From NCBI GenBank assembly GCA_040755995.1, contig JBFMAF010000009.1, forward strand, positions 13,531 through 77,530: a stretch of 64,000 nucleotides of DNA, given 5' to 3'. The position numbers and the translations under genes were made by a program. Below the pieces are notes generated by a model. It did not search any database. It was not told the origin of the DNA and saw nothing but the letters and a program-made list of their open reading frames with translations. This stretch comes from Acidobacteriota bacterium (GTDB lineage Bacteria; Acidobacteriota; CAIWXX01). This document shows, piece after piece, positions 47,473 to 56,790 of the stretch. Within the stretch, counting starts at the first letter, position 1. Each line of letters begins with the position of its first letter.

Positions 47473-49467
47473 CTACGCACCTGATCCTGTGTGGCGGTCC
47501 CTTCCATCGAGCCGCGCTCGTGCGGCCTCCGATACCAGCCCTCCACCGGGGTAGTCGCTCAAGCCCGGCATCTCTGCGCACGGTTCACGGACGGCGAGCG
47601 AGATCAGATGCCCATCCGAAGAGAGCAGCAACTTGCGGTCGACGAGGTCCCGTGCGGCGCGCTCGACTTCCGATTTCGCGAACCCCCGCTCAGCGAGGGC
47701 CCGCTGGACGTTCTCTCCTGAGGGTGCATCGTCGCAGGCAAGGTAGAGGCTGCGCGACAGCCCGGTAAGCTCGAACTCCGGCTGCGAGGCCGCCGGACGT
47801 GTGTCCCGGATCCTGATGCGCGAGCGTGTGACGGTCATCGACAGGACGGGCCGCATGGCCGAGTAGAACCGCCGCGTCCAGTCGTCCACGGCCCGCCGCA
47901 CGGCCCGGATGCCCGGCCTTCTCATCAGGGGGCTGAAGAGCGGGTTGCGCGCCCGCGCGGGGTCCTCGAAGAAGTAGACCTGATTCTGGAGGTCTTCGCG
48001 ACTCAGAGGGTAGATGTATGCGTAGAGTCTCGCCGGCATCAACCTCAGGCCGTACTGCTTGGCTCGAAAATGGTAGTCACTGTAGCGATCGAACCGGACG
48101 CGGGTGACCTCAGCCGGCGGCTGCAGATGCGAGAGCAGCGGCAGATCACGGGCCAATTCCACGTACCAGCCGTCGTCCTCGCCCGGCAGGTCGCACATCA
48201 AGTTCCAGCCCACGTAGATACCGTGTTGCCGGCACCACTTGAGAAGCTGCACATTCTGCCTGGCAGTCACACCTTTGTTCATTAGCTTCAGTGCCCGCTC
48301 ATGAAGATGTTCGATGCCGGCCCAGACCCAGGTGAGGCCCGCATCGCGCATCAGCCCGACCTGCCGCTTGCTCAGGTTGGGCCTGACATCGAAGAAAAGT
48401 CGGACAGGCATGCGCCGGCGCGCCAGCTCGGGCAGTAGTGAACGGAAGAAATCGAGGTTCATGACATTGTCGACGGTCTGGATACGATCCGCCTGATAGC
48501 GCTCGAGCAGTGTGTCGATTTCTCTCAGAACCTGGCCGGCAGGTTTGGAGCGAAAGCGCTTACTCTGCGGCAGGATCCCACAGAATGTGCACGATCGCTT
48601 CTGTCCCCACCAGCAACCGCGCGAAGTCTCCAGCGGAAGCGCTGGAAGGATCATGCGCCGCAGCCATGCCGGCAGGTCGTTCAGCGTGTCGAAGTAGTCG
48701 TGAAAGTCCGGCACCGGGAGGGACTGGAGCGACCAGTACACGGCGCGCGGCGCGTCATCGCCGCCGCTCACGGAGGCGCGGGGATATCCGAGAGTGCGAT
48801 GAATCGGGGCGAACACGCCGTCGGCCAGGCCGTCGCCATACGCCTCGCGGCCATTCTGCAGAATCGCGCGCACGAGCGGAGCGATCAGGCCGTCGGCCTC
48901 GCCGGAGACGACGAAGTCGACCCACGGAGACGACTTGTGCGTGGTGCGGCCCATCACGGTCTCGCAGTTCGCTCCGCCCATCAACGTCACCACATCCGGC
49001 GCCAGCTTCCGAATGCGTTTGAGCAGGGCAAGCGAGGGCACATGTTGATTGAAGGACGACGTGCAACCCACTATGCGCGGTCTGCGCTCGAGAACGCGAG
49101 TCGCAAGGCGATCCACGAACTCGGCGGCGGCGCCGCGCACCGCGAAGACTGCCTCCTTGAACCGGTCCGGTTCACAGCCCTCAGGCAGCCGGTTTCGCCG
49201 GATGACATGATCGAGATACTCGTCGTGATCGGGGGCGAAGTCCGGGAATGCGATGTGGGCGAATGTCCAATCACGGAGCGCGTCGGATGACATGGTCTTG
49301 ATGACGAGCCGGTATGGACGTATCCCGATCGCCTCCAGGAAGAGCAGGTTCGCGTACACGCTCGCGACCGAGAATCCGTCGCGTTCGAGAATCGCCTGCA
49401 GAAGGCCCAGGGCCATCGAAGGCTGGATCGGTGGCGCGTACGGCATGTTGACGAAGCACACGTCCAT
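47473..49467 (-). CDS. B12-dependent radical SAM RiPP maturase (TIGR03975-like C-methyltransferase) 2
   Basis: FVNMPY..PSMALGLL, MGGANCE, ETSRGCWWGQKRSCTFC (CX7CX2C), HLQPP..RFDRYS. Confidence 0.9.
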   Translation of the reverse strand: MDVCFVNMPYAPPIQPSMALGLLQAILERDGFSVASVYANLLFLEAIGIRPYRLVIKTMSSDALRDWTFAHIAFPDFAPDHDEYLDHVIRRNRLPEGCEPDRFKEAVFAVRGAAAEFVDRLATRVLERRPRIVGCTSSFNQHVPSLALLKRIRKLAPDVVTLMGGANCETVMGRTTHKSSPWVDFVVSGEADGLIAPLVRAILQNGREAYGDGLADGVFAPIHRTLGYPRASVSGGDDAPRAVYWSLQSLPVPDFHDYFDTLNDLPAWLRRMILPALPLETSRGCWWGQKRSCTFCGILPQSKRFRSKPAGQVLREIDTLLERYQADRIQTVDNVMNLDFFRSLLPELARRRMPVRLFFDVRPNLSKRQVGLMRDAGLTWVWAGIEHLHERALKLMNKGVTARQNVQLLKWCRQHGIYVGWNLMCDLPGEDDGWYVELARDLPLLSHLQPPAEVTRVRFDRYSDYHFRAKQYGLRLMPARLYAYIYPLSREDLQNQVYFFEDPARARNPLFSPLMRRPGIRAVRRAVDDWTRRFYSAMRPVLSMTVTRSRIRIRDTRPAASQPEFELTGLSRSLYLACDDAPSGENVQRALAERGFAKSEVERAARDLVDRKLLLSSDGHLISLAVREPCAEMPGLSDYPGGGLVSEAARARLDGRDRHTGSGA

Positions 49468-49503
49468 GCTCGCCACCGCCGCCCTACATCGGCACTGGCC
49501 GGG

Positions 49504-51483
49504 TCAGGTCAGCCATGCCAGGAGCTCGCCGCCGGGGTAGTCGATCTTCTTGGGCAGCTCGGGGAGCGGCTCTTCGACGGCGAGCGCGAGCAGCCGCCCG
49601 TCGAGCTCGACCATCAGCTTCTGCTCCAACAAGCGCTCAACGGCTGCCTCAACCTCGTCCTTGTCATACCCCTGCTTCTCCAGAAAGGTCTTCAGCGTGG
49701 CCTTGCGGCACGCTTCGTCGCACCGGAGGTAAATCTCGCGCTCGATCCCGTGGAGGGTGAAGGTGGAGCTCACGGCGACCGGACGCGTGTCACGGATCCG
49801 TATTTCGGAGTCAGACTGCGACATCGCGAGGACAGGGAGGTTGTTGGACCAGAACGCTTTCTTCCACCAGCCCATCTCGCCGGCGGCCGCTCTCATACCG
49901 GGGCGGGTGAACAACGACGAGACCAGTGGATGCAGAGTGCGCGCCTCGTCCTCGAAGAAATACGTGAACCCGCGCATCTGTTCTTCGTCGAGCGGGTAGA
50001 CGTATGGCGCGAGCTCCGACGGGCGCAGCTCCAGGCCGTATTCCTTGGCCTTATCGTGGTAGTGGCTGAAGCGGTCCAGGCGCAGTCGAACGAAGCCGCG
50101 CGGCGGCTGCAGATGCGTGAGCAGCGGGAGGAGCTCGGCCATCTCGCCGTACCACTCGTCTTCCTCACCCGGGAAATCGCACATCACGTTCCAGGCGACG
50201 AAGATGCCATACTGGCGGCACCATTTCACGAACTGAACATTCTGGTACGCTTTGCATCCCTTGTTGATCAGCTTCAGCAGCTTGCTGTGCAGGCTCTCGA
50301 CGCCACACCAGATCCAGGTCACGCCCGCCTCACGCATGAGCCTGACCTGATCCTTCCTCAGGTTCGACATGAGCTCGTAGTAGAGTCGATAGGGCTTCTG
50401 CGCGCGCACAAGTTCTGGGAAGAGCGTGTCGAACCAACGCATGTCGATCGAGTTGTCGCAGGCATAGAAACGATGAATGCCATAGCGCTCATAAAGCGTG
50501 TCGAGCTCTCGGATCACCCTAGCCCCGGGCTTGCTCCGAAACCGCTTGCCGCACCCGTTCAGGCTGCAGAAGGTGCAGCCGTTCGTCCTGCCCTGGCCCC
50601 ACCAGCAGCCGCGGGAGGTCTCGACCGGCACGGACGGAATCACGTTCTTCTTGAGCTCAACCGAGGCATTGAGAGTCCGGAAGTAGTCGTCGTAGTTCGG
50701 GACGGGAAGACCGTCGAGCGTCTGCGACGTTGCGCGAGGAGCGCCGTCCGGCCCGCCAGACAGGTCCCGAGGATAGCCGGCCGACCTGTGCACTGGCGCA
50801 TACACGCCCTCGGCCAGCGCCGAGGCCGGAACATCGCGGCCGTGTTCCCTGATGCAGCGAACCAGGGACGTGATCAGCCCGTCGCCCTCGCCCGCTATCA
50901 CATAGTCCACCCAGGGGAACAGCCTGTGGGTCGCGCGGCCCATGACGGTTTCGCAGTTGGCGCCGCCGATCATGTTTATCAGCTCGGGCGCGCGCTCCTT
51001 GAGGCGCCGGAACAGCGCGAGAGACGACACGTGCTGGACCAACGTTGATGTACAGCCGACCACCATCGGCCTCTTCTCGAGGATGCGTTCGGTCATCTCA
51101 TCGATGAAGGGGGTCGCTGCTTCGCGCGCCTGCCACAGGATCTCCCGGAACTCCTGGGGGTCGCAATTGATATAAAGCGTGTTGCGCTCGATCAAGCGCG
51201 CGACATAGAGATCGTCATCCGGCTTGAAATCCGGGAAGGCGATGTGCGCGAACGTCCAGTCGCCCAGGGCGTCCGGCGCCCGGGTATCGATGATGAGTTT
51301 GTACCGGCGCAGACCAAGCTTCTCGGCGAAAAGGAGATCGGCACATACCGTCGCAGTCCTGAGCCCGTCGCGTTCGAGCACCGCGTGCAAGAGACCCAAC
51401 GCGGCCGATGGCCTGACAATCCCCGTGTACGGCATGTTGACCAGGCAGACATCCGTTGCGTTGTCGCTCGAATAACGATGCAT
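49504..51483 (-). CDS. B12-dependent radical SAM RiPP maturase (TIGR03975-like C-methyltransferase) 1
   Basis: LVNMPY..PSAALGLL, IGGANCE, ETSRGCWWGQGRTNGCTFC (CX9CX2C), HLQPP..RLDRFS. Confidence 0.9.
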   Translation of the reverse strand: MHRYSSDNATDVCLVNMPYTGIVRPSAALGLLHAVLERDGLRTATVCADLLFAEKLGLRRYKLIIDTRAPDALGDWTFAHIAFPDFKPDDDLYVARLIERNTLYINCDPQEFREILWQAREAATPFIDEMTERILEKRPMVVGCTSTLVQHVSSLALFRRLKERAPELINMIGGANCETVMGRATHRLFPWVDYVIAGEGDGLITSLVRCIREHGRDVPASALAEGVYAPVHRSAGYPRDLSGGPDGAPRATSQTLDGLPVPNYDDYFRTLNASVELKKNVIPSVPVETSRGCWWGQGRTNGCTFCSLNGCGKRFRSKPGARVIRELDTLYERYGIHRFYACDNSIDMRWFDTLFPELVRAQKPYRLYYELMSNLRKDQVRLMREAGVTWIWCGVESLHSKLLKLINKGCKAYQNVQFVKWCRQYGIFVAWNVMCDFPGEEDEWYGEMAELLPLLTHLQPPRGFVRLRLDRFSHYHDKAKEYGLELRPSELAPYVYPLDEEQMRGFTYFFEDEARTLHPLVSSLFTRPGMRAAAGEMGWWKKAFWSNNLPVLAMSQSDSEIRIRDTRPVAVSSTFTLHGIEREIYLRCDEACRKATLKTFLEKQGYDKDEVEAAVERLLEQKLMVELDGRLLALAVEEPLPELPKKIDYPGGELLAWLT

Positions 51484-51577
51484 TCGCCTCTTCCCGTCCA
51501 CCACGGTCCGCGTGCGGGTAGCGTGACTCGGCTATCATCTTCTCAGATGTGGTGAGAAAAGAAAAGCTGGGTCTCGC

Positions 51578-51606
51578 TTGACACTGGCCATGGCCGATGG
51601 TAGAAG
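51578..51606 (+). promoter_or_regulatory. candidate promoter of the precursor gene
   Basis: TTGACA (51578-83), 17-nt spacer containing palindrome GGCCATGGCC, TG-g-TAGAAG. Confidence 0.5.
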
Positions 51607-51701
51607 GTGTGAAGAAGAGGATCATCAGTTGAAATGCGAGCCGCCAGGTAGGGGCTCGCGGTGGCAATTTTAACAGAGTTTTTTCCGAAGGAGGACACTA
51701 C

Positions 51702-51989
51702 ATGCGGTCACAAGTTCACAAGGACCTGAAGACGCAGATCCAGAAGAAGGTCGCCACGAGCGCTCAATTCCGCGAGGCCCTGTTGAAGGATCCCAAGGGC
51801 ACCATCGGGAAAGAGTGGGGAATCAAGGTTCGCCCGGACATCAACATCGTCGTGCACGAGAACACCGCGAACACGGTCCACTTCATACTTCCCGACGCCA
51901 AGGCCGAGCTCTCTGAACGCGAACTGGAAGCGGTGGCGGGTGGTCGCGTGGGCGCATGGAGCTGTGCCTGCGGTCCCAGCATCGGATAG
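51702..51989 (+). CDS. NHLP-leader RiPP precursor; predicted core RVGAWSCACGPSIG
   Basis: AAGGAGG RBS; FREALLKDPK..IVVHENTANTVHFILP..ELSERELEAVAGG double-glycine site; lies beside the NHLP export genes. Confidence 0.95.
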   Translation: MRSQVHKDLKTQIQKKVATSAQFREALLKDPKGTIGKEWGIKVRPDINIVVHENTANTVHFILPDAKAELSERELEAVAGGRVGAWSCACGPSIG

Positions 51990-51996
51990 GTGAGCT

Positions 51997-52041
51997 CATC
52001 CCCGCGCGGGGATGGTAGGCGCAAGCCCCGGTTGTTGGGGC
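51997..52041 (+). terminator. stem-loops directly after the precursor stop (mRNA stabiliser/attenuator candidate)
   Basis: Perfect 18-bp palindrome CATCCCCGCGCGGGGATG (51997-52014), then GCCCCGG-TTG-TTGGGGC; no U-tract. Confidence 0.45.
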
Positions 52042-52168
52042 ACGCCGGAGATCTGGAGCGTTGCCGGGGGATACGTGTGTCCAACCGATGTCTCCTGTCC
52101 ATGAGGGCATCGCAATCCGCCGCTGACGCGCCCGGTCCATTGACTTTCACCAGCGGAGCGGCCGGCAC

Positions 52169-54853
52169 TTGAGCAGCTCATCTCGGTACCATGCCGAATG
52201 CCTGCTCCTGCATGCGGGCGTGGCCACGATCGCAACTGGGCTGCCCTCGATCTGCCGGTACCTCAGAAATGCGGGGGTCGCCGCTGAAATACTGCGGATC
52301 GCGCCCTCCGTGGTCGAGACTCTTGCGGACGACATCGCGCGTTTCACGAATCTCAGACTGATCGGCATCTCGATGCACTGGCACCCGCAGGTGCCGATCA
52401 GCATCAAGCTCGCGGAGCTTCTTCGAGCCCTGCCGGGTTCGCGCCATGCCGCGATCGTAATCGGCGGCATGACCGCGAGCTACTTCGCCGAGGAGCTGAT
52501 CCGCCTGCCCTTCGTCGACTTCGTGATCAAAGGCGACGGTGAGCTGCCGATGCTGCTCCTGTTTCGATCACTGTGCGGCTCCGTCGTGCCTCTCTCATCG
52601 GTGCCTAATCTCTACTTCAAGCGGAACGGCGAGGTGGTTCGGAGTCGCGAGACCTACTGCATAGATGAAGAGACGTTGGCATCTCTGGAGCGGCAGGTCA
52701 TCGACGATGGCGAGTGGTTTCCTCAGACAAGATCAGTTCTGAGCGTCGGCAGAGGTTGTGACTATGATTGTATCGCTTGCGGAGGAAACCGGCGTGGGCT
52801 TCCAAGGTGGGGCAATAGAATCGCTGCCATGCGAAGGGACCCGGGCTCTATAAGAGTCTCTATTGAGAAGCTGTTGAGCCAGGATGCCGGGCGGCTCTTT
52901 CTGCTGAACGACTACGACGGCCGATTCGAGATGCTGGGCACATGCCTGCAGGAATTCGACCTGTCGGCCTTCAAGACCCTGGCCGTCGATGCGTGGGGAC
53001 TGCCGCGGTTCGAGAATCTGCAGAGGGCGTTGGCAGGCACCAGGCCTGGCGGCGATCTCGTCGTGACCCTGGAATTGAGCCCGGAGGCGGGCAACGAAGA
53101 GACCCGAGCCAGGGTCAGATCATGTTCCTACTCCAACGCGGACCTGACTGAGCTCATGGATCGGGTGTTCTCGCACTACCGGAACATCCGCATCGTGCTC
53201 TGCTTCACATACTTCCTGCCTTTCTCGGACAAGTACAACCTGGAAACCCGCAGCTTCATCCGCTCGCTGACAACGACCTATCTCCAGCAGATCCTCGAGA
53301 ACAGGCTCCAGATCCAGTTCTGGCCCCTGTCCACTGATCCGGGCTCGTCGATCCAGCAGGACATGGTTGAGGGCCTCAGGCACGACGTACATGCGCTGGC
53401 TGACTATCTGGGCAAGATGCTGGCGATGCGCTCGACCGGCGGCAACTTGCTTAGACATTGGCCGGCGGAAATGGAGCCCGGGGAGATCGACTACCTCTGC
53501 CGCTTCTTCACCTACGAGAACGTTCTGCGGCTCCTTTATCCCGTGCTGTATCTCAACCTGGTCCAGCTCTTCGACGAGTTCAGCGGATATGACCAGTTCG
53601 TAAGGAGCTCGTTCGAACCCTTCTATGACATCCATCTGAGAAACTCATCCTCATCGGCCATGCACGCTCTGCATGTGTCGCTGGATTCATCGAGCATCTT
53701 CGGCTTCGCCTTCTCGGGAGACGAAGCGCTGCCCAAGCTCCCTCTGGTTCTCGTCTGGCTCAGGTTCCTCGAACGAGGATTGCGGAAGCACGCTGGAGAG
53801 TCTCTCCCGGCGCGCGCCAGCCGCAGGTCACAAGCTTGCCTGTGTCCCGATCTGGTCAGCCCGCTCTCTACCAAGGGCGATGATTTCGCCTCCTTCTCGG
53901 GCGCCGAGAACGTGTCAATGGAGTGGACCGATCTGCACTCTTATGTGCTCGAACTGCTCGACCTCATCGCGCGCCGTGAGGCATTTCGTCTGGGACAGGC
54001 CGGTCGCAAGAAACCGTTGTTCCTCGACTTCCTTCTGTACAACGACCGGAAGGTCGACGCCATCATCGAGCGCGGGCTGTTCCGTTGCGAGCTTCTCCCC
54101 GCCGCCAATGTTCTCTGCGAGATCATTCCGATACGCCGGGCGCATGTGATCATCCCGCCGCTCACGAGCCACGAGAACCTTCGATTGCTCGGTGCGAGGC
54201 TCTTCGAGAAGCTGATCTGCGGAGCCGACTACCGAGACGGATCGGCGAGCTGGCAGAGGGAATTGAGAGCGGAGCTCTCTGCGGAGGGAGACCTCAGGGA
54301 AGTCGTGGAGGGCCGTGTGGAGGAGCTCTGGCGGACGGTTCTGCGAGACGAACAGAGCGACCTCGGCAGAGTTCTCACCGATCTGATCATCTCAAGCCAC
54401 GTTCCGAGCAACCAGATCCTCGCCCGGATGGGTATCTCACAGGACGACGAGGCCCTTCGTGCTGCGGCGACCTCCGGATCGAGCACCCTCAGGCTTCGGT
54501 TGCGTGATCTGTACGGAGTTTTCGGAGATCGCTGTGACATTCGCCTCGCTGCCTTCTACCTGAATCACACGAAGTCTACCTGCCGGTTTCGAGAGGTCGT
54601 TCGGCCGGGCTCGGAGGAGGTCGCCATCCTGACCACGATCTACTATCCTGATCCATGCGGACACGATGGAGCGTTCGTGTTCTCTGCGGGGCTGGACCCG
54701 ATCGAGCTGGAAGCACTGCGGCTCTGCGATGGGACCCACACAATGAACGAGATCCTCAGCAGACTGGACGAGAGGTTCCCTGAGAGCCGCCTCAGCGGGC
54801 CCCGGCTTGGCGACATGATGATTTCGTTCTACAGCAGGCAGCTCGTGTACTAG
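52169..54853 (+). CDS. large B12-binding radical SAM protein with C-terminal PqqD/RRE-like domain
   Basis: LIGISMHW..IVIGGMTASYF..VDFVIKGDGE B12 region; GRGCDYDCIAC (CX3CX2C); C-terminal LRLCDGTHTMNEILSRL; TTG start uncertain. Confidence 0.8.
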   Translation: MSSSSRYHAECLLLHAGVATIATGLPSICRYLRNAGVAAEILRIAPSVVETLADDIARFTNLRLIGISMHWHPQVPISIKLAELLRALPGSRHAAIVIGGMTASYFAEELIRLPFVDFVIKGDGELPMLLLFRSLCGSVVPLSSVPNLYFKRNGEVVRSRETYCIDEETLASLERQVIDDGEWFPQTRSVLSVGRGCDYDCIACGGNRRGLPRWGNRIAAMRRDPGSIRVSIEKLLSQDAGRLFLLNDYDGRFEMLGTCLQEFDLSAFKTLAVDAWGLPRFENLQRALAGTRPGGDLVVTLELSPEAGNEETRARVRSCSYSNADLTELMDRVFSHYRNIRIVLCFTYFLPFSDKYNLETRSFIRSLTTTYLQQILENRLQIQFWPLSTDPGSSIQQDMVEGLRHDVHALADYLGKMLAMRSTGGNLLRHWPAEMEPGEIDYLCRFFTYENVLRLLYPVLYLNLVQLFDEFSGYDQFVRSSFEPFYDIHLRNSSSSAMHALHVSLDSSSIFGFAFSGDEALPKLPLVLVWLRFLERGLRKHAGESLPARASRRSQACLCPDLVSPLSTKGDDFASFSGAENVSMEWTDLHSYVLELLDLIARREAFRLGQAGRKKPLFLDFLLYNDRKVDAIIERGLFRCELLPAANVLCEIIPIRRAHVIIPPLTSHENLRLLGARLFEKLICGADYRDGSASWQRELRAELSAEGDLREVVEGRVEELWRTVLRDEQSDLGRVLTDLIISSHVPSNQILARMGISQDDEALRAAATSGSSTLRLRLRDLYGVFGDRCDIRLAAFYLNHTKSTCRFREVVRPGSEEVAILTTIYYPDPCGHDGAFVFSAGLDPIELEALRLCDGTHTMNEILSRLDERFPESRLSGPRLGDMMISFYSRQLVY

Positions 54854-54934
54854 AGGCCCGGGCATGCGCCAGATCCACATGTGGTCCGAGAGTGAGATGC
54901 GCGAGGCAATGGAGGGTCTTCGCCGTTTCCGCCG

Positions 54935-54943
54935 TGGTATACT
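54935..54943 (+). promoter_or_regulatory. extended -10 element upstream of the export genes
   Basis: TG-g-TATACT about 40 nt upstream of the RBS-backed GTG at 54984. Confidence 0.4.
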
Positions 54944-54983
54944 GGGACCCGATGTCAATGCGCTGGCCGTGAGAGGAGACAAG

Positions 54984-56552
54984 GTGTCCTCCGCCCTTAC
55001 GCTGGATCACAGGCATGTTAGGACAGTGTGCCTGCTCTGGGCCCTGACGTTCACGGCGCAGCTCTGGGGCCAGTCGCAGACAGGGCTTTCTCTGCAAGAG
55101 GCGGTACGGATCACGATCGAACGCCAGCCCGAGATCCTGGCTCAGAAGCAGCTGGTGGAGTCCGCACGCGGTTCGCTCGTGGCCGCCGGCGGCCAGTTCG
55201 ACTCGATGCTCCAGGCATACCTCAGTGTTGAGCACGAAGACTCGCCGCTCACGCGCGAGATACAGAACGAGCTGCAGCTGTCAAGTCTCAAGACCGACAC
55301 TGCCTCATATGGCATCGGGGTCGAGAAGCAGTTTCGCACCGGGCTGACGCTTAACCCGACCATCTCGTTCCAGAGAATCGAGGACAACTCGACGAATGTG
55401 ACCGCACCCAACTACGGTACGGCCAACCTGCAGATCACGCAGCCGCTGATGAGAGGCTTCGGCAGGGACGACGTGGCGGCAGCCGAACGATCCGCTGCGG
55501 CCGATTACCGGGCGGCCGTCGATACACTGCACCATACGATGGCCACCGATGCAGTGAACGCGGTGGTGGCCTATTGGGACTATGTCGGATATCAGCAGGT
55601 GTTGGCCGCGCGAAAGGAGACCGAGGAGCTCGCTCACAACCTGCTGGATCAGACCAAGGCGCTGATCGAGGCCGACCAGCGCCCGGCGTCTGAAATCAAC
55701 AAGGTCACTGCCAACCTGGCCTCCGCCACCGCCCAGCGAATCTCTGCCGAGCAGGATCTCTACGAGGCGAAGCAGAATCTCGGTCTTGCCATCGGCCTGA
55801 ATTGGGAAGAGATCGAGGCGATGAGGGAGCCTTCGGACGACTTCCCGGAGGTGGATGAGAACGATCTGCCATCTCTGTCGTCGATCGGGAGCTTCGTGCA
55901 GACTGCGTTGGTCGAACGTGGCGATCTGGCCGCAGCCAGGGAGACCCGCGAGTCGGCGCGTATTCTGTCGGTGGGGGCGGTCAAGGCGAGCCGGCCGCAG
56001 CTGGATCTGGGCGTGGGGCTGGGATTCGAGGGCATTGTCGAGGGCAAGGAGCCAAGCCATTTCCTGACCGCCTTCACGGACAACGTGCCCGGCCCCAGCC
56101 TGAATGCGTCTCTGACTTTCGGATGGCCGTTCGGCAACAGATCGGCGGTCGGACTCGTGGAACAGAACGAGGCCGAGCACCGACAAGCCATTATCGCTGC
56201 TGACGATCTGGCGAGAAGAATCGCCTCGTCTGTGGCCGCGGCCCTGTCGAGCGTGAGACAGAGAGGGTTGCAGCTGAAGAAGGCCGAAGAAGCCGCGGCG
56301 GCTTATCGAGTGGCAGTAAGCAACGAAACCCAGATACACCAGGCGGGGCTGTCCACGACGCTCGAGGTAATTCAGACCGAGGATCTGCTCTCGTCGGCGC
56401 TCATTGACCTGGTATCGGCCAGGCACGACTACGCCGTGGCCGTGGCTCTGCTTCGCTATCAGACTGGTACGCTGATGAGGTTCGACAGCTCAGGAGCGGT
56501 GACGGCTATCGAGCTGATGAGCCTCCCGTCGATTGAGGCCCCGCCCGAATGA
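54984..56552 (+). CDS. TolC family outer-membrane efflux protein
   Basis: Signal-like N-terminus, LSLQEAVRITIERQP, ITQPLMRGFG, AGLSTTLEVIQTE; AGGAG RBS. Confidence 0.88.
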   Translation: MSSALTLDHRHVRTVCLLWALTFTAQLWGQSQTGLSLQEAVRITIERQPEILAQKQLVESARGSLVAAGGQFDSMLQAYLSVEHEDSPLTREIQNELQLSSLKTDTASYGIGVEKQFRTGLTLNPTISFQRIEDNSTNVTAPNYGTANLQITQPLMRGFGRDDVAAAERSAAADYRAAVDTLHHTMATDAVNAVVAYWDYVGYQQVLAARKETEELAHNLLDQTKALIEADQRPASEINKVTANLASATAQRISAEQDLYEAKQNLGLAIGLNWEEIEAMREPSDDFPEVDENDLPSLSSIGSFVQTALVERGDLAAARETRESARILSVGAVKASRPQLDLGVGLGFEGIVEGKEPSHFLTAFTDNVPGPSLNASLTFGWPFGNRSAVGLVEQNEAEHRQAIIAADDLARRIASSVAAALSSVRQRGLQLKKAEEAAAAYRVAVSNETQIHQAGLSTTLEVIQTEDLLSSALIDLVSARHDYAVAVALLRYQTGTLMRFDSSGAVTAIELMSLPSIEAPPE

Positions 56553-56790
56553 TTGACGAGATGCAGCCATGGGAGCGGGCGACCCCTATAGGTTGTGGTC
56601 GTTCTCCGAGTCTCCCCCCACTGCGTCCCCGTGTCAATTGCGAGACGCCACGGCCCGCCTTGTGGCGAAAGCCGAAGCAACGGCCGGTTCCGACCGCACG
56701 GCCGCAATCTGTTGGAATCACCCCCGCCGACCGGAGAGGCACCGTGAGCGAGAGGGCGGCCGGGGACTCTGCTCGGGAGGCTGAACTCCA

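Noticed and set aside
51484..51701. Cobalamin riboswitch upstream of the B12 enzymes
   Set aside because: No B12-box or other conserved riboswitch elements recognisable by eye; an Rfam scan would be needed to exclude it fully
8995..51989. Systematic amber (pyrrolysine) recoding suggested by in-frame TAGs at 8995, 31196 and 51987
   Set aside because: Many normal genes here end in TAG at the expected position (e.g. purN, purF, arsM), no pyl genes are present, and each case has a simpler explanation
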